The translations under genes and the position numbers were made by a program. This document shows positions 39,440-52,745 of a DNA stretch of 64,000 nucleotides, piece by piece. The notes under the pieces were generated by a model. It ran no database searches and had not been told where the DNA came from. It worked only from the letters and a program-made list of their open reading frames with translations. This DNA is from Octopus sinensis (Eukaryota), in the NCBI RefSeq assembly GCF_006345805.1, contig NC_042998.1:158720001-158784000 (forward strand), written 5' to 3'. How positions within the stretch are numbered: position 1 is the stretch's first letter; every line of letters begins with the position of its first letter.

Positions 39440-41375
39440 CTGTGTGTGTGCGTGTGTGCGAAATTCAACTTAGGTTGAAAGTCAACAAACTTTAGAAGTG
39501 TTGCGATGTATTGAAAGATACAGATAAGAAAATAATTTTGTTCTCAAACGCAGGATAATGCTAATAATATAGTATGAACAGGATACACTATACATATTTT
39601 GCAGAAAAATCTGTCGATGACCAGCCATATATATATATATATATATATGCATGTATGTATGTATCTATGTGTCTCTGTTTGTCCCCCATATCTGCTTGAC
39701 AACCGGTATTGGTGTGTTTACGTCTGCATAACTTTGCGGTTTGGCAAAAGAGCCGATAGAATAAGTACTAGGCTATAAAAAAAAGTCCTGAGGTCGATTT
39801 GTTCGACTAAAACTCCTGAAGGCGGTGTCCCAGCATGGTCGCAGGGAAATTACTGAGACGAATAAAAGTCGAAATAAGCATAGAACTAAAAAAAAACAGA
39901 GATAATTATAAATTTAAATAAAAAAACAAGTTTATCAAAGAATTGGCTTTAACAGAATAGAACAGAAATATTAACTTTTCGGATGTAAGCCCTTCATCTG
40001 AAAAGAAAGAAACAAAGCAAAGCAAATAAGAGGAAAACATGGAAAGAGAAGATTTTGGAAACGAACTTCAAAAAGAATGAAAAGAAAACGGTAAGGTTAA
40101 AAAAATTAAACAGCCAACAGTCACGTGCAGCCCAAGTAAGCACTGAATGGCTTTTCGGTCATTGGTGAAAGATGCAGGGTTCGAAACGGGCTTTTGCTGT
40201 CTGCATGTGCTAACAGGGTGTTTGTGTGTGCGTGTGAATATATATAAGAGAAGGTGTTAATAGGTTTGTATTAGCAATTTCGCGCGCATCAACTCGTATG
40301 TGTTGTTTTGGGAAATTGCGTATGTGGGTTCAATTATTTTGTGCTTTGAGTGGTGTATCTCTGTGTAGACTGCGTGTATACGTGCATATGAAATTTTAAC
40401 TGTGTCATGCATGCGTGCAGATGCGATGTGTGTATTTGTATTTATGTGTATGCGTGTGTGCGCACTATGGACGCGCATGTGTGTATATTCTGAAGCGTGT
40501 GCGTGCTAATACTTACGCGTAGGTTTGTGCACGTGTGTGTGTTTGTGTGTGTAAGTCTTGTGTGCGTGTGTAAGTGTGAATGTGTGTGTGTATGTGTGTA
40601 TGTGTGTGAAATGAGTATATTGCCACATCACACCTATTCGTCTGTTGTAATATGCGTGTTAAATGTCACTGCGAATTTTCTCTGTGTCTGGGCGCGTATA
40701 CGTATATCCGTGTGTGTGTGTACATTTCAATTACACTTATATGAATATCTCTGTCTCTATATACTTTATAGGTGCGTGTGTATATGTGAGAGCTTGCGAG
40801 TATGTGTGCTTGTACATGCATATATCTATATAGTTAGAAAGCGAGAGAAAGAGAGAGAGACTTTGTGTAATACAGCTTTACTAATGATAAATGAGAAAGC
40901 TATTGTCAAGGACGCAGATATGCTCTTGGCCAAATGACTGCAAGCAGCAAAGTCATTGGTGTTTTAATCCCTGGCCTGTTGCTAGGGTTTGTGCCCCGAA
41001 CTGTTGCTATGATTAGTAGTAGGTCAACTCCTGACCTACAACTAATTGAACAAGCGGTTATTAAAATTTTTGATAAAGGACGACGCTTTTAATTAACAAC
41101 ATGAAACAATGTCTCCGAAGTTGGTGAGAGCTTTGTGGCAAGGTTTATGTGTATGTGTTGACGTGAATATTACATACATTTACATATACAAGTACGTGAG
41201 TATATGAGCATGCGTTTCTGTTGAAATATATGCGTCTATTTGTAAGTATATGGATATAAGTTTATGTGGTTTGTATGTACATATGTGTGTATATGTGTAT
41301 GTGTTTGTATATAAATATATGTGTGAATGTATATATGTGTGTGTGCCTCCGTGAGTATATGTGCATGTGTATATG

Positions 41376-41409
<34 letters not shown>

Positions 41410-41602
41410 TGTATGTATGTATGTATGTATGTATGTATGTATGTATGTATGTATGTATATATATATATATACGTATGTCTATATATATATACATATATGT
41501 GGTGGTGAGATATATTTATTTGTAAGATTCCCAAGGTTGTTCAGTTATCTTGTCTGTTGCCTGCAATTGTTTATGTTATTGTAACTATCTATTTTGACAA
41601 TA

Positions 41603-42752
41603 CAGTCGATTCCGCATAATTGCATAGCGTCGCTGACTGGAAATGATCTGCAATTAACTGTTAATAGAATTCATTGAATAAGGTAAGTAGACGATTGATT
41701 AAGGAATTTCAGTATATAACCAGTGAAAACGTTTTGTGGCGATGTGACACATGTAAAGAATATTTGTTAGGAAAATAGGGACTGAAATTTGAAAAGAAAG
41801 AGTTAATTGATTATATATCGAAAACAGTACTTCGCTAGTTGCCTATTTTATCGATACCGAAAGGATGAGAGGCAAAGATGAACACGAGGATTTGAACTTC
41901 GTATGTCAAGAGCTGGAATACATATCGTAAGTCATTTTTGTCCGAAAGCGTTAACCATTCCGCCAATCGACTACCCTTAAGGATTATATACAGCAATCAA
42001 GAATAAAACAGTTTTTGTTAGTCCCAATACGATCTATATACACGTAATTTATATTCACCCATCACCATTCAAGACTATTTTATTGATATGTATCGATATG
42101 AGAATCGTTTTATTTATCCTCTATACTGTTTTTGAAATCCCAATGATATTCTTCAAATATTTAAGCTTAAACAGGTACAAATAGATGCACCCTGACAATG
42201 ACTTTCATACACTTTGAATTATTCAATAGTAACCACTAATGTAGTGCAGATTTCTTTTTAAAAATTGATTGTTCGGTTATAAAAACATTCATCGTTTGAT
42301 TCAGAATTTATCGTTTTACAAGTTGTATCTACAGCGAAGATTTTATTTATTGAAGAATTTTATTACACAATTAAAAATTAAGAAAAATATATTGCAGAAT
42401 CTTACTTCCATAGCGTTCAATTCATTTGAATGGTTACAATAATGTGAATACATTAGATTTACTTGATACTGGTTGTTTGTAAACATGAAGCACCGACTGC
42501 TGTTATTTTAACTCATCATAAAAACGGAAATTCTCAGATTCATTTTATTCATGTTATTTCAATATTAATTTTGAAGCTATATTTTGACAGTATTTTTTTT
42601 CAAATTAGAAAAGGAATCATATACAATTAACCAAAATTCAGTATGCAATTAAAAGATCATAGATTTACTGCTAAATGTTTCGGTATTTTGAAAGGTTGTG
42701 CAATTAACAGAATTATACAAATGACCGATATGCATTTAAGCGGAATCGACTC
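41603..42752. mobile_element. pogo/Tigger-like DNA transposon relic with a nested SINE A (~41780-41980)
   Basis: TA|CAGTCGATTCCGCATAATTGCATA at the left end and TATGCATTTAAGCGGAATCGACTC|TA at the right (TIR pair with TA TSD); decayed CENP-B-like coding traces on the minus strand. Confidence 0.7.
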
Positions 42753-43281
42753 TATCAGTTTCAGCTAGTTCAGTGTGTGTATATGTGTATGTGCGCGCGT
42801 GCGTGTGTATGTGTTTGTGTGCGTGCGCATTTATTTATACATGCATGGTTATTGGTATTGTTGTTTATCACTCATATAATAAATGCAATTATGTATTTGC
42901 ATATCTTGTGTCACAAAAAGGGGAATAAATCCAATATTATTCGAATTATTTCCGTTGGTTATAAAATACACATTGCGCCAAAGATGTTTTTTTCAAGATT
43001 ATCAATGTATATTCTATTACATCCTGTAAATATCTATATTGAAAAATGCATATAGTTTTATATATTTTAACGTTATTATCCTTTTCAAATGTATTTAAGT
43101 AAGTTAAATATATTCGTAGCCATTATTACCATCACGGTTACACTCGTCTGTAGTTTAGCTATGTTTGTATATATGTAGTGATAGATTCAGTTTGTTTTAT
43201 CTCCCCCGAACTTGCTGGACTTGTGACAAAATTTGAAACCATTAATTTACCTATTTCTGGTTTTAATTCACTGAGATTTTG

Positions 43282-43495
43282 AGGTGGCCAGTTAGAAGAA
43301 TTGTTAGCGTGCCGCCCAAGATGCTTAGGGCCTTTTTTTCTAGTTTTACGTTCTGAGTTCAGATATCACCGAGATCGACTTTGCCTTTCATCCATTTGGA
43401 GTCCATAAAATAAATACCTGTTGAGCACTGAGGTTAATGTAATCGATTAGTCTCTGTCTACGAAACTTCAAACCTTCTGCCTATAATAGAGAGAA
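43282..43495 (+). mobile_element. SINE family A
   Basis: Head, core and tail similarity. Confidence 0.78.
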
Positions 43496-44519
43496 TTTAC
43501 TGATTTCGGTGTGTCAACCTTTAAAAAAATTATCCTTTTGATTTATCCTCTGGGTCGGCACCGTCGCCTTCCTTTTTGCATGAGTTAATATTCACTCCTC
43601 CTTATAGGTTCATTCTTGATTAATCAAAGTTATCTTACCTCAATATGTAACATAACCATTGTCTATGCACCTTGTATAGCTTATGCCTAAGTAATATAAT
43701 GATGTTCTATTTAGTTTATTCAGATTAAGTCTAAACCTATTTCTGTGCTTTTATATTATTACACATTACTTCGTCTCCTTCAGATATGTAAGCAATAAAT
43801 ATTTCTACCACATTTGTGACCGAGATACATCCGAGATACAAATTGAAACTCTTTTACTTCTTATAACAATGTTTCTAGGCAAGGCATGAACGTCGCGTCT
43901 TCACATTTTATTCTTTTTTTTTAATATGAGATATTTTTCTATAGTCATATCTAACGATTGTAACTTTTTATTTTACATCTCAAGTGAGAAGTATTATTCT
44001 TATTTTAAAAATCATTAACATTTCTTCCCCTTCCTTCTCAAACTCGTCATTTCTATTATATTCCGCCACAAGTTTACTGTCTTGACGGTTGCTTGTGGAA
44101 CAAATAGATTTTATAGCGACTGTTTCGTCTGCAATTACTTTCACGCCATTTGCTTTTAACGTATGGTTGGCCGGTCGGTTGTCATTTTGAGGCGAACAAC
44201 ATTGAATCATCCATCTTAAATCTTAACGGATAATATTCCATTGTGTCGTTTTTAATGCTTCCAACACAACGTAGAGAAGACAAATGCGAGTTTGTAGCAT
44301 TGTTGTTTCTGAAAGATCTAAACATTGTTTAAAACTCGTTATTTTCTAAAATGTTTTCAAAATACGCTGCTAACACAAAAAATTCGTGCAGCAATCAAAG
44401 TTGCAAAAGTTGTCTGTTTAGACAAAATATATTTAAAAGGTGAAATACAATTTCAGGCAGAGAACGTTTTATATTTAAATTTAGATTAGAGTAAGCCACA
44501 TTTAACTGATTAAACTGCA

Positions 44520-44691
44520 CATACATACATACATACATACATACATACATACATACATACATACATACATACATACATACATACATACATACATACATAC
44601 ATGCCTACATACATGCATGCATACATACATACATACATACATACATACATACATACATACATACATACATACATACATACATACATACATA
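44520..44691. repeat. (ACAT)n microsatellite
   Basis: Direct periodicity. Confidence 0.95.
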
Positions 44692-45346
44692 CAAGAAATA
44701 TCAACCAAATAACTGATGCACAAAAGGGACAGAGACGCGGGAAAAGCAGAAAAACGTGATAACCGAAGCAGACTTTGTGGAGTTAATACCGAATATATCA
44801 CCCACATAATCAGCAGTTGTCCGAAAATATCATCACAGTATTAACTACCGATAAGACATGATGTTGTAGTCGGAACACTGTATAATGAAATTCGTCGGAA
44901 GGATAAACCCGAAACTAAACAAATAAGATTCTGCCGTATGGTAGAGGCCATAGTCACTCATAATAAAAAGGAGTACTAGTGGAATGTCCTAGTGAAATTC
45001 TCAACAAAATGTAAACATAATAGACCTGACAGTAATTTGAGATAGCGAAGAGAAACTGTGTACAGTTGTGGAAATCAGCTGCCCAGCGGATGTTAACATA
45101 AAGCTAAAGAACAGCAAAAAAGAAAACACCTACGCTGAACTATTGAGCTACTTTATCCAAATTACAAGTTCAGGTTTATACCTGTAATCATTATACCTGT
45201 AATCATTATGCAGCACACTATCTAATCTTGAGAAATTAAGATTCGTAAAATCAGAAAGGGGAAAGCTGATTCGAAGACTACTGATCCAGTCCATCATCAC
45301 TGGAACTGTAAAAATCTGTACAACTTTCCAGAGGTTTATCATTTAG
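44692..45346 (+). mobile_element. 3' end of an RLE-type non-LTR retrotransposon (R4/Dong-like), degenerate
   Basis: SRLCGVNTEYITHIISSC (zinc knuckle), IRHDVV, KHNRPD, VVEISCPADVNI..KKENTY, FRFIPVII form the PD-(D/E) restriction-like endonuclease signature. Confidence 0.85.
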
Positions 45347-45470
45347 ATATATGTGAATATGTCTAGATATGCAACTATATGCATTAAATCAAAGCGAAAT
45401 AGTTAACATTTATAGTTATTTAAGTATATTTGCATGTGAATGTATGTATGCATGTATGTATGTATGTATG

Positions 45471-45516
<46 letters not shown>

Positions 45517-45586
45517 ATATATATAATATATATATATATAGATAGATATAGATATATATATATATTTATACATACATTTGTATGTA

Positions 45587-46305
45587 TTAGGTTGGAAAAA
45601 CAGTTCTGTCACATTTTTGAAACGATCACTTTGAAAGTGCTTTTCCAATACTTATGGTAAAAATATGCATTACTTTTTATAGTTTAACGTTTTCCCTTTC
45701 TTTGCAGATTATACCGGTTTAACCCTTTAAAAATGACCGCTTATCAGCCCCATATCACACACTAGATGCCGTATGAATTCAAGAAGGGCCCTTCAGCAAA
45801 GGAAGCGGTGTGTTTCAAGGAATTTTTCTCGTAAAGCTTTTCATCGATCTGGACGACTAAATTCGGTCAATATTGAACCTCTGAAAACATTAGGTGAAGA
45901 AAATCCAAAGCAATCTGCACGAAAATTAGCAAAACAGTTTAAATCACACTTCAATTATAAAATAATTTTTTGACCTAAGAAAACTGTATAAACTTGGTCA
46001 ATGGGTTCCTCAACATATGACAATTTCTCAGCTTAATGAGCGAGTTGCCAATTATCATTGCAGAGTAAATTTGCCATCGATTCTTTTGTGGGTAGAATTA
46101 TAACAAGTGATGAAAAGTGGGTCTTCTATGATCATACCCACGAAAATGTCAGTGGTTAACATCCAATGAAAAGAGAGAGAGTTCATACCCCAAATAGGAC
46201 CTATACCCGAAAAAAGTTATTCTCTGTGTTTGGTGGGATATGAAGGGCATGTCTTCTACTATAAGTATTAAATCAAAGCAAAATAGTTAACGTAGAGACA
46301 TACGT
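45587..46305 (+). mobile_element. Truncated mariner transposon
   Basis: TA|TTAGGTTGG left TIR; SGRLNS, GQWVPQ, RIITSDEKWVFYD, KKVILCVWWDMKG; lacks the 3' part. Confidence 0.82.
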
Positions 46306-46674
46306 AGAAAGCGTCGTAGTATCAGCCCAGTTACTAGACCAAAGATCGTGTTGCGTTATCAGTAAAATGTGTCCTTCATGAACATTATCAGGCAAATGAA
46401 TTAATGAAGGATTAGAACTGTCATCGTCAGTCTTAAACGTATTTTGGCCAACGTATGCATGTATGTATGTATGTATGTATGTATGTATGTATGTATGTAT
46501 GTATGTATGTATGTATGTATGTATGTATGAAAAATATTAAAAATCGAATTCATGTTTACGATCTGTTTCTGGAGGAATAACGATTGCTTGAGGATTCGAA
46601 CGAAAACAAGTCAAACAAAAGTTTCTAAAAGTGACCAGATAATGTTTGTGAGGGAACAAATATTTCACAAATAA

Positions 46675-47090
46675 GGACGGTGAGCTGGCAGAATGGTTAG
46701 CACACCGGGCGAAATGCTTAGCGGTATTTCGTTTCCCGTTACATTCTGAGTTCAAATTCCGCCGACGTCGACTTTGCCTTTCATCCTTTCGGGGTCGATA
46801 AATTAAGTACCAGTTACGCACTGGTGTCGATATAATCGACTTAATCCGTTTGTCTGTCCTTGTCTGTCCCCTCTGTGTTTAGCCCCTTGTGGGTAGTAAA
46901 AAAATAGGTATTTCATCTGCCGTTACATTCAGAGTTCAAATTCCGCCGAGGTCGCTTTGCCTTTCGTCCTTTCGGGGCCGATAAAGTAAGTACCAGTTGA
47001 ACACTGGGGTCGATGTAATCGACTTAATCCCTTTCTCTATCCTTGTTTTCCTTACTGTGTATAGCCCCCAGTGGGCAATAAAAAAAATGA
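46675..47090 (+). mobile_element. SINE family A dimer with LINE-like tails
   Basis: Head-body-tail, then the body restarts at AAATA|GGTATTTC (46906/46907), the same junction as in the 31.4-32.1 kb array. Confidence 0.88.
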
Positions 47091-47102
47091 ATATTTCACA
47101 AA

Positions 47103-47340
47103 TATTGGTTTCAAATTTTGGCACAAGGCCAGCAATTTCGGGGGATGGGGTAAGTCTATTACATCTACCCCAGTGTTATAGAGCCCAGCCACTGTTCAAC
47201 TGGTATTTTCTTTATTTACTCCGAAAGGAAGAAAGACATGGTCGACCTCGGCAGATGTTGAACTTAGAATTTAAAGACGGACGAAATGCAGCTAAGCATT
47301 CTGCCCGGAGTTCTAATCAGTCTTCCCGTTCGCCGCCTTA
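47103..47340 (-). mobile_element. SINE family A
   Basis: Reverse-complement copy, tail-to-tail with the preceding dimer. Confidence 0.78.
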
Positions 47341-47618
47341 TATTTCGCAAATATAACTCTGAATTATCTTGTTACGTAAGTGAGTTAGCGCGAGTCCTAA
47401 TTAAGAATGAATACTAACAAGTTGGCCGCGCAACAAAAGTTTCTCGGTTGCTACGATATTTGTGTGAGGTTTTATACACCAAGTGCCTACATGAGAGGTC
47501 CTTTCTAGGCTAACAACGCAGTATTCGTTGTTTTAACAAAGACATCTACGTTAAGTTAAATATAAGGATTAGCTTTTGGTACTAATGCTGCTTCCGTCGC
47601 CAATAATTCTTGTGTGTA

Positions 47619-47687
<69 letters not shown>

Positions 47688-47688
<1 letters not shown>

Positions 47689-47905
47689 GCGAGTTGGAGC
47701 TGGAAAAATCGTTAGCACGCCGGGCGAAATGCTTAGCGGCATTTCATTCGTCTTCACGTTCTGAGTTCAAATTCTGCTGAAGTCTACTTTGCTGTTTATC
47801 TTTTCAGGGTCGATAAAAAAAGTATCACTGAATACTGGGGTCGATGTGATCGACTTACCCTCTTCCCCGAACTTGCTGGCCTTCTGTTAAAATTTGAAAT
47901 CAATA
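47688..47905 (+). mobile_element. SINE family A
   Basis: Head, core and tail. Confidence 0.85.
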
Positions 47906-49089
47906 TTAGTTATATTAATGCTTAATTATTAAGTTCTAATTCAATTTGAAGTAGGAGTCCGGTACAGTATGGCAGCTTATTTCATAATATATGAATATGT
48001 CTATTCGATAAATAAGCTGATATAGCTTATACCTTTTACCTATCGGCTAAGATTTTATTAGTAATTTTGCACAGTTCGATTATAGGTCAATTTATATAAC
48101 ATTATTGGACATGCATGTTGATAAGTTATTACAGGAAAACATGCACGCATGATAATTATCCATTTTAATTACCAATTTATAATCAACAATCTGAAAGAAA
48201 GGATCCACTGAATGGTTACACAGACCTCAACCTGTGTAACTCCATCTAAAATTTAGTTGAATAATTTTTTCCCCGTGTCTCAACAGACTCTTCATGCGAT
48301 AGATTCACAAACTGCTAATTGTGGTTTCAACTTCCTCAAAATGTCGATTTTTTTTATTTTGTTTATTTTTTGCTCACTGAAACTAATCATCCATCTTTAA
48401 AAATACTCTTTAAACATATTGAAAGAAAATAAATTGAGTTCATCGAAGTAAACAAATTTTAGATGGAGCTAATGCTTTTGTAAAATGGAAGAGGCACATG
48501 AAAACAAATCCATTTAGGGATAGCTATCTGTCTCAACCTATCTCTCCAATTCTCTCCCTCTTCCTCTCCCTACTCCCTCTTTCTCTCTCTCCGTTTTATG
48601 CTCTCTTACACTTTTGTGATGTGCTTCTTTGTATTTCAGTTCTCTTGACTCTACTGTTGAAGTCTTCGCAGTGTTAAATTTGACGCCCCGGGAAATATAT
48701 GTCGGTAAGATCTGAGGTCTTATCGTCAACGCAAGAAGAAAAGAACTCTTCACTGAAAAAGAACTTATTTTGGAATGAATACAGAAGTTCTTTGGTGTTA
48801 AATGCTGAAAACAAATTCAAACGCTGGAAAAGCACGTTTCTTGTCATATACATCATTATCATTTCATGTGTTCTGTCATTGATTGTAGTTGTGTTGGCTA
48901 AAGGGTTTTAGCTTTAGTTCAGTAATAAGGTATTTATCCTTTGTTAGAAACTGCATTGATAAGTTAATTATTGGAGCTTGCTTCGTCATTGAAATAACAA
49001 AGCTAATTAGTAAAGAACAGAGAGCTAGTTAATTTGTTTTAGTTAATGAATGATTTCTAACATAGGCACAAGACTAGGAATTTAGTCTA

Positions 49090-49480
49090 TTGGTTTCAAA
49101 TTTCGGCGCATGGCCAGTAGTTTTGGGGGAGGAGCCAAGTCGATTAAATCAACTTAACTGCTCAACTGGTATTTATTTTATGAACTGAGAAAAGATGAAA
49201 TGCTAAGTTAACCTCAACCAAATTTGAACACAGAAGGTAGAGACGGACGAAATGTCAATAAGCATTTTCCCCGGTTTGCTAACGGCTCCGCCAGCTCGCC
49301 AGCTTAGAGGTGATAGTCAATTAAACCGCCACAAGTACTCGATAAAATAAAGCACTTTATTTTATCGGCCGTAAAAGGATGAAAAGCAAAGCTAACCTCG
49401 GGAAGATTTGAACTCAGAATATAGAGAAATACAGCAAAACATTTTGTCCGGCGCTCTAACAATTCTCTCAACCCGCTATT
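49090..49480 (-). mobile_element. Two adjacent SINE family A copies
   Basis: Reverse-complement cores at ~49170-49230 and ~49355-49420. Confidence 0.72.
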
Positions 49481-50164
49481 CCGGTGTTTCTAGCTAATAT
49501 AGATGTGTTTCCATGATAATACCTGAGGATTGGTAAAATCAGCAGAACGTCTGACAGAATGTCTCGTAGTATTTGAGTATTCTTTCTGGCGCTACTTTCA
49601 GTGATCTAATTCCACTAAGGTCAACTTTGCTTTTCACCCTCCCGTACCTATGTTAGAAATAATGAAGTGCATGGGTTAAATAGCTTATAGCCGATGAAAT
49701 CAGCTACGATATATGGTAAGTACACATTTTCTTGTCAATCAATGGCATTTTCATCACTTACTGATGGTTGACAGTTAAAGTTGACGTTGACAAAATTTGA
49801 ATTCAAAATGTAAAAGACGTAATTAATTACTGCGTCGACTCCGTCATGTATTAGGGCGGAGTTAACTTTTATTTGTTATATTCTATTTGTTTCAGTGGTT
49901 GGACTGCAGCCATGCTAAGGAGTTTATTCAAACAAATCTAACCCAGTACTTATTTTAAAGTGATATTTAATCTATCGGAATCTTTTGTTGAACCGCTAGC
50001 TTACGGAAACGCAAACAAATTAACATCGGTTATCAGTCGAGCGGTGGCAGAGAACAAACACAACCACGCACACACACACATACACACACTCACACACTCA
50101 CACACACGCTTATGCACACGCACGCACGCACACACACGCACACACACATTTGAAGACTCATATT

Positions 50165-50557
50165 GTCGCTGAATGCTCGAAATGAAGAATAGATAGACAG
50201 CCGACAACTGATGAAGGGTCCTTTCTCTGTGTTAACTTGTCCTGTTTTCCACTTTTTCTTTTTATTTACATATTTCATGTTATTTGCACCATTGGTGACG
50301 TCCTGTACCCATATATGCATGTATACACACACATATATCATATACTCTTTTACTCTCTTTTACTCTTTTACTTGTTTCAGTCATTTGACTGCGGCCATGC
50401 TGGAGCACCGCCTTTAATCGAGCAACTCGACCCCGGGACTTATTCTTTTGTAAGCCCAGTACTTATTCCATCGAACTCTTTTGCCGAACCGCAAGTAACG
50501 GGGACATAAACACACCAGCATCGGTTGTCAAGCAATGCTAGGGGGACAGACACACAA

Positions 50558-50588
<31 letters not shown>

Positions 50589-50872
50589 CATATATACGAC
50601 AGGCTTCTTTCAGTTTCCGTCTACCAAATCCACTCACAAGGCATTGGTCGGCCCGGGGCTATAGAAGAAGACAGTTGCCCAAGATGCCACGCAGTGGAAC
50701 TGAACCCGGAACCATGTGGTTGGTTAGCAAGCTACTTACCACACAGCCACTCCTGCGCCTATATATATTATATTATATTATATTATATTATATTATATTA
50801 TATTATATTATATATATTATATATATTATATTATATATTACTTAATTGAACGCGACGCATCCATTTGCAAGT
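50165..50872 (+). repeat. Unclassified dispersed repeat split by a SINE D insertion
   Basis: 50205-50330 (CAACTGATGAAGGG..GACGTCCTGTACCCATATATGCATG) and 50845-50872 (TTGAACGCGACGCATCCATTTGCAAGT) match the reverse complement of the contiguous copy at 55125-55420. Confidence 0.65.
50344..50760 (-). mobile_element. SINE family D, full length
   Basis: tRNA-like head GGCGCAGGAGTGGCTGTGTGGTAAG..GGTTCAGTTCC; (TAAAAGAG)n tail. Confidence 0.88.
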
Positions 50873-50956
50873 ATATATATATATATATAATATATATATA
50901 TATATATTATATATATATATATATATAATATATATATATATCACCGTGGTCCTAGT

Positions 50957-51256
50957 CACCGTGACCGACCAGGCTATCAGATGTTGCTACACGTCGCTGG
51001 TCACATTGCGCTTCGCATTGTTTTAGCCTTCAAATGACGCCACCCCGTTGGCTAAGCGGGCAGGCCAACAGAAGAAAGAGTGAGAGAAAGTTGTGGCGAA
51101 AGAGTACAGCAGGGATCGCCACCACCCCTGCCGGAGCCTCGTGGAGCTTTAGGTGTTTTCGTTCAATAAACACTCACAACGCCCGGTCTGGGAATCGAAA
51201 CAGCGACCCTACGACCGCGAGTCCGCTGCCCTAACCACTGGGCCATTACGCCTCCA
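50957..51256 (-). mobile_element. SINE family B, full length
   Basis: tRNA-like head with A and B boxes; homologous to 32121-32300 and 21321-21406. Confidence 0.88.
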
Positions 51257-51795
51257 CATATATATATATATACATACATATTCCGTCAGACAAATTCATT
51301 CACAAGGCATTGGTTAGACCAGGGCAGACCAGGGCAGGGCAGGCAAGCCAGGACTATAGTATATGACATTTGTCTAAGGAAGAAGCATATGAAAACAAGC
51401 CATTCCATTTAGGAAAAGTTATCTGCCTCAACCTTTCACTCCAATTTTCTCCTCTTCTCTCTCTCTCTCTCTCTTTGTTCTATGCTCTCCTTCTTACACT
51501 CTTAAGCCCGAAACTACTTGTTTGTACAGTGAGCTTCTTAGCTACTTAGTCATGCATGCACCTCAGATAAAAGAGTGAATTAAGATATTTTTTTCATATT
51601 TCACGTTTTGTGAACAGTGCTGATGCTGGTTAGAAGTTTCCAAAAGACTAATCATTGATTCACTCCCTTTCTCATGATGCGAGTGACAAGAAAATGTGTA
51701 GCACGGGCGAGTAAATACCACATGATATCAGTTTATTGGCTTATTTTTATTTTTTTATTTTTTTTGCTGATATTTCGATATTTTACTGATATACA

Positions 51796-52745
51796 TCTAA
51801 GCCATCACGTACATGCACCAACTAGAGCGCACGGTGATTAGCACCTACCACTCAAGCTTCTTTTTCTTCGGATATTTTGACGACATTTTAATACTTACTT
51901 CCTCCCGGGAAGAAGCTATTGACATATACCAGAGAATCAACAACTACGACAAACACTTAAAATTTGAATTTGAACTTGTGGACGAGTTCAGAACCCTCTC
52001 TCTACTCGATTTTCAGCTCAGTATTACAGAAGACTGTTCCGTCTACACAAACTGATACAAGAACGCTGCCAGTAGGAACCTGTTTGAGCACTATGAATCA
52101 GCCTCACCTACCAAAGCGAAAGCTGCATATTTGCAAAACGAAATCGCACGTATAAGCGACAAGTGTAGCGATGCTGACAAAGCCACGAACCCCAGACGGT
52201 TCTACGAGATCCCGATAAACAACGGCTATCGTCCACCTTTCGCCAAATAACGGCGTTTAAAGAAAGTTGAACTTACTAAACCTTATAAGAATGCCGAAAT
52301 TCTCAAATCTAACACGTGCTTTCTAAAACTACTCTATTTAGAACCACTGTTGCAATACATCATGCGATCCGCAGGGAGGGACTTAACAAATAGATGGTAG
52401 TTTCTGTTTAGAAATCCTACCACAAATAGTATCATGGGATGCACACTATCTAATTGCCCCATCAACAACTTCAAAATATACTCGATAGCCTACGTGGTAT
52501 ACGAGTTAGTCTGCAGTAAATGTGGTGCATCCTATTTTGGGAGCACAACCAGAAAACTGCACATTAGCCTCAAAGACCACATGCGCACAAACACTTCAAT
52601 CTGCAAAGACCTATAGAAGTGCCAGACCCAGGATTTCACATTATGCATCAGCGCCCTTTAAGATACTGATAATCCTAACATCGTGGAAGTCCTCTTTAAC
52701 AAACTGAAGCCAGCTCTAAACAACAGGAAAGATGGTTTACTGTAA
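51796..52745 (+). mobile_element. Penelope/Poseidon-like element remnant (RT C-terminal half plus GIY-YIG)
   Basis: AITYMHQLE, GYFDDILI, HLKFEFE..LSLLDF, HYESASP; VVYELVCSKCGASYFGSTTRKLHISLKDH; KPALN. Confidence 0.88.

Noticed and set aside
39968-40004. Hammerhead-like motif on the minus strand as a functional ribozyme
   Set aside because: The core is mutated (CAGATGA, GAAAAG) and stems are broken; counted only as a relic of the 11.7-kb type.
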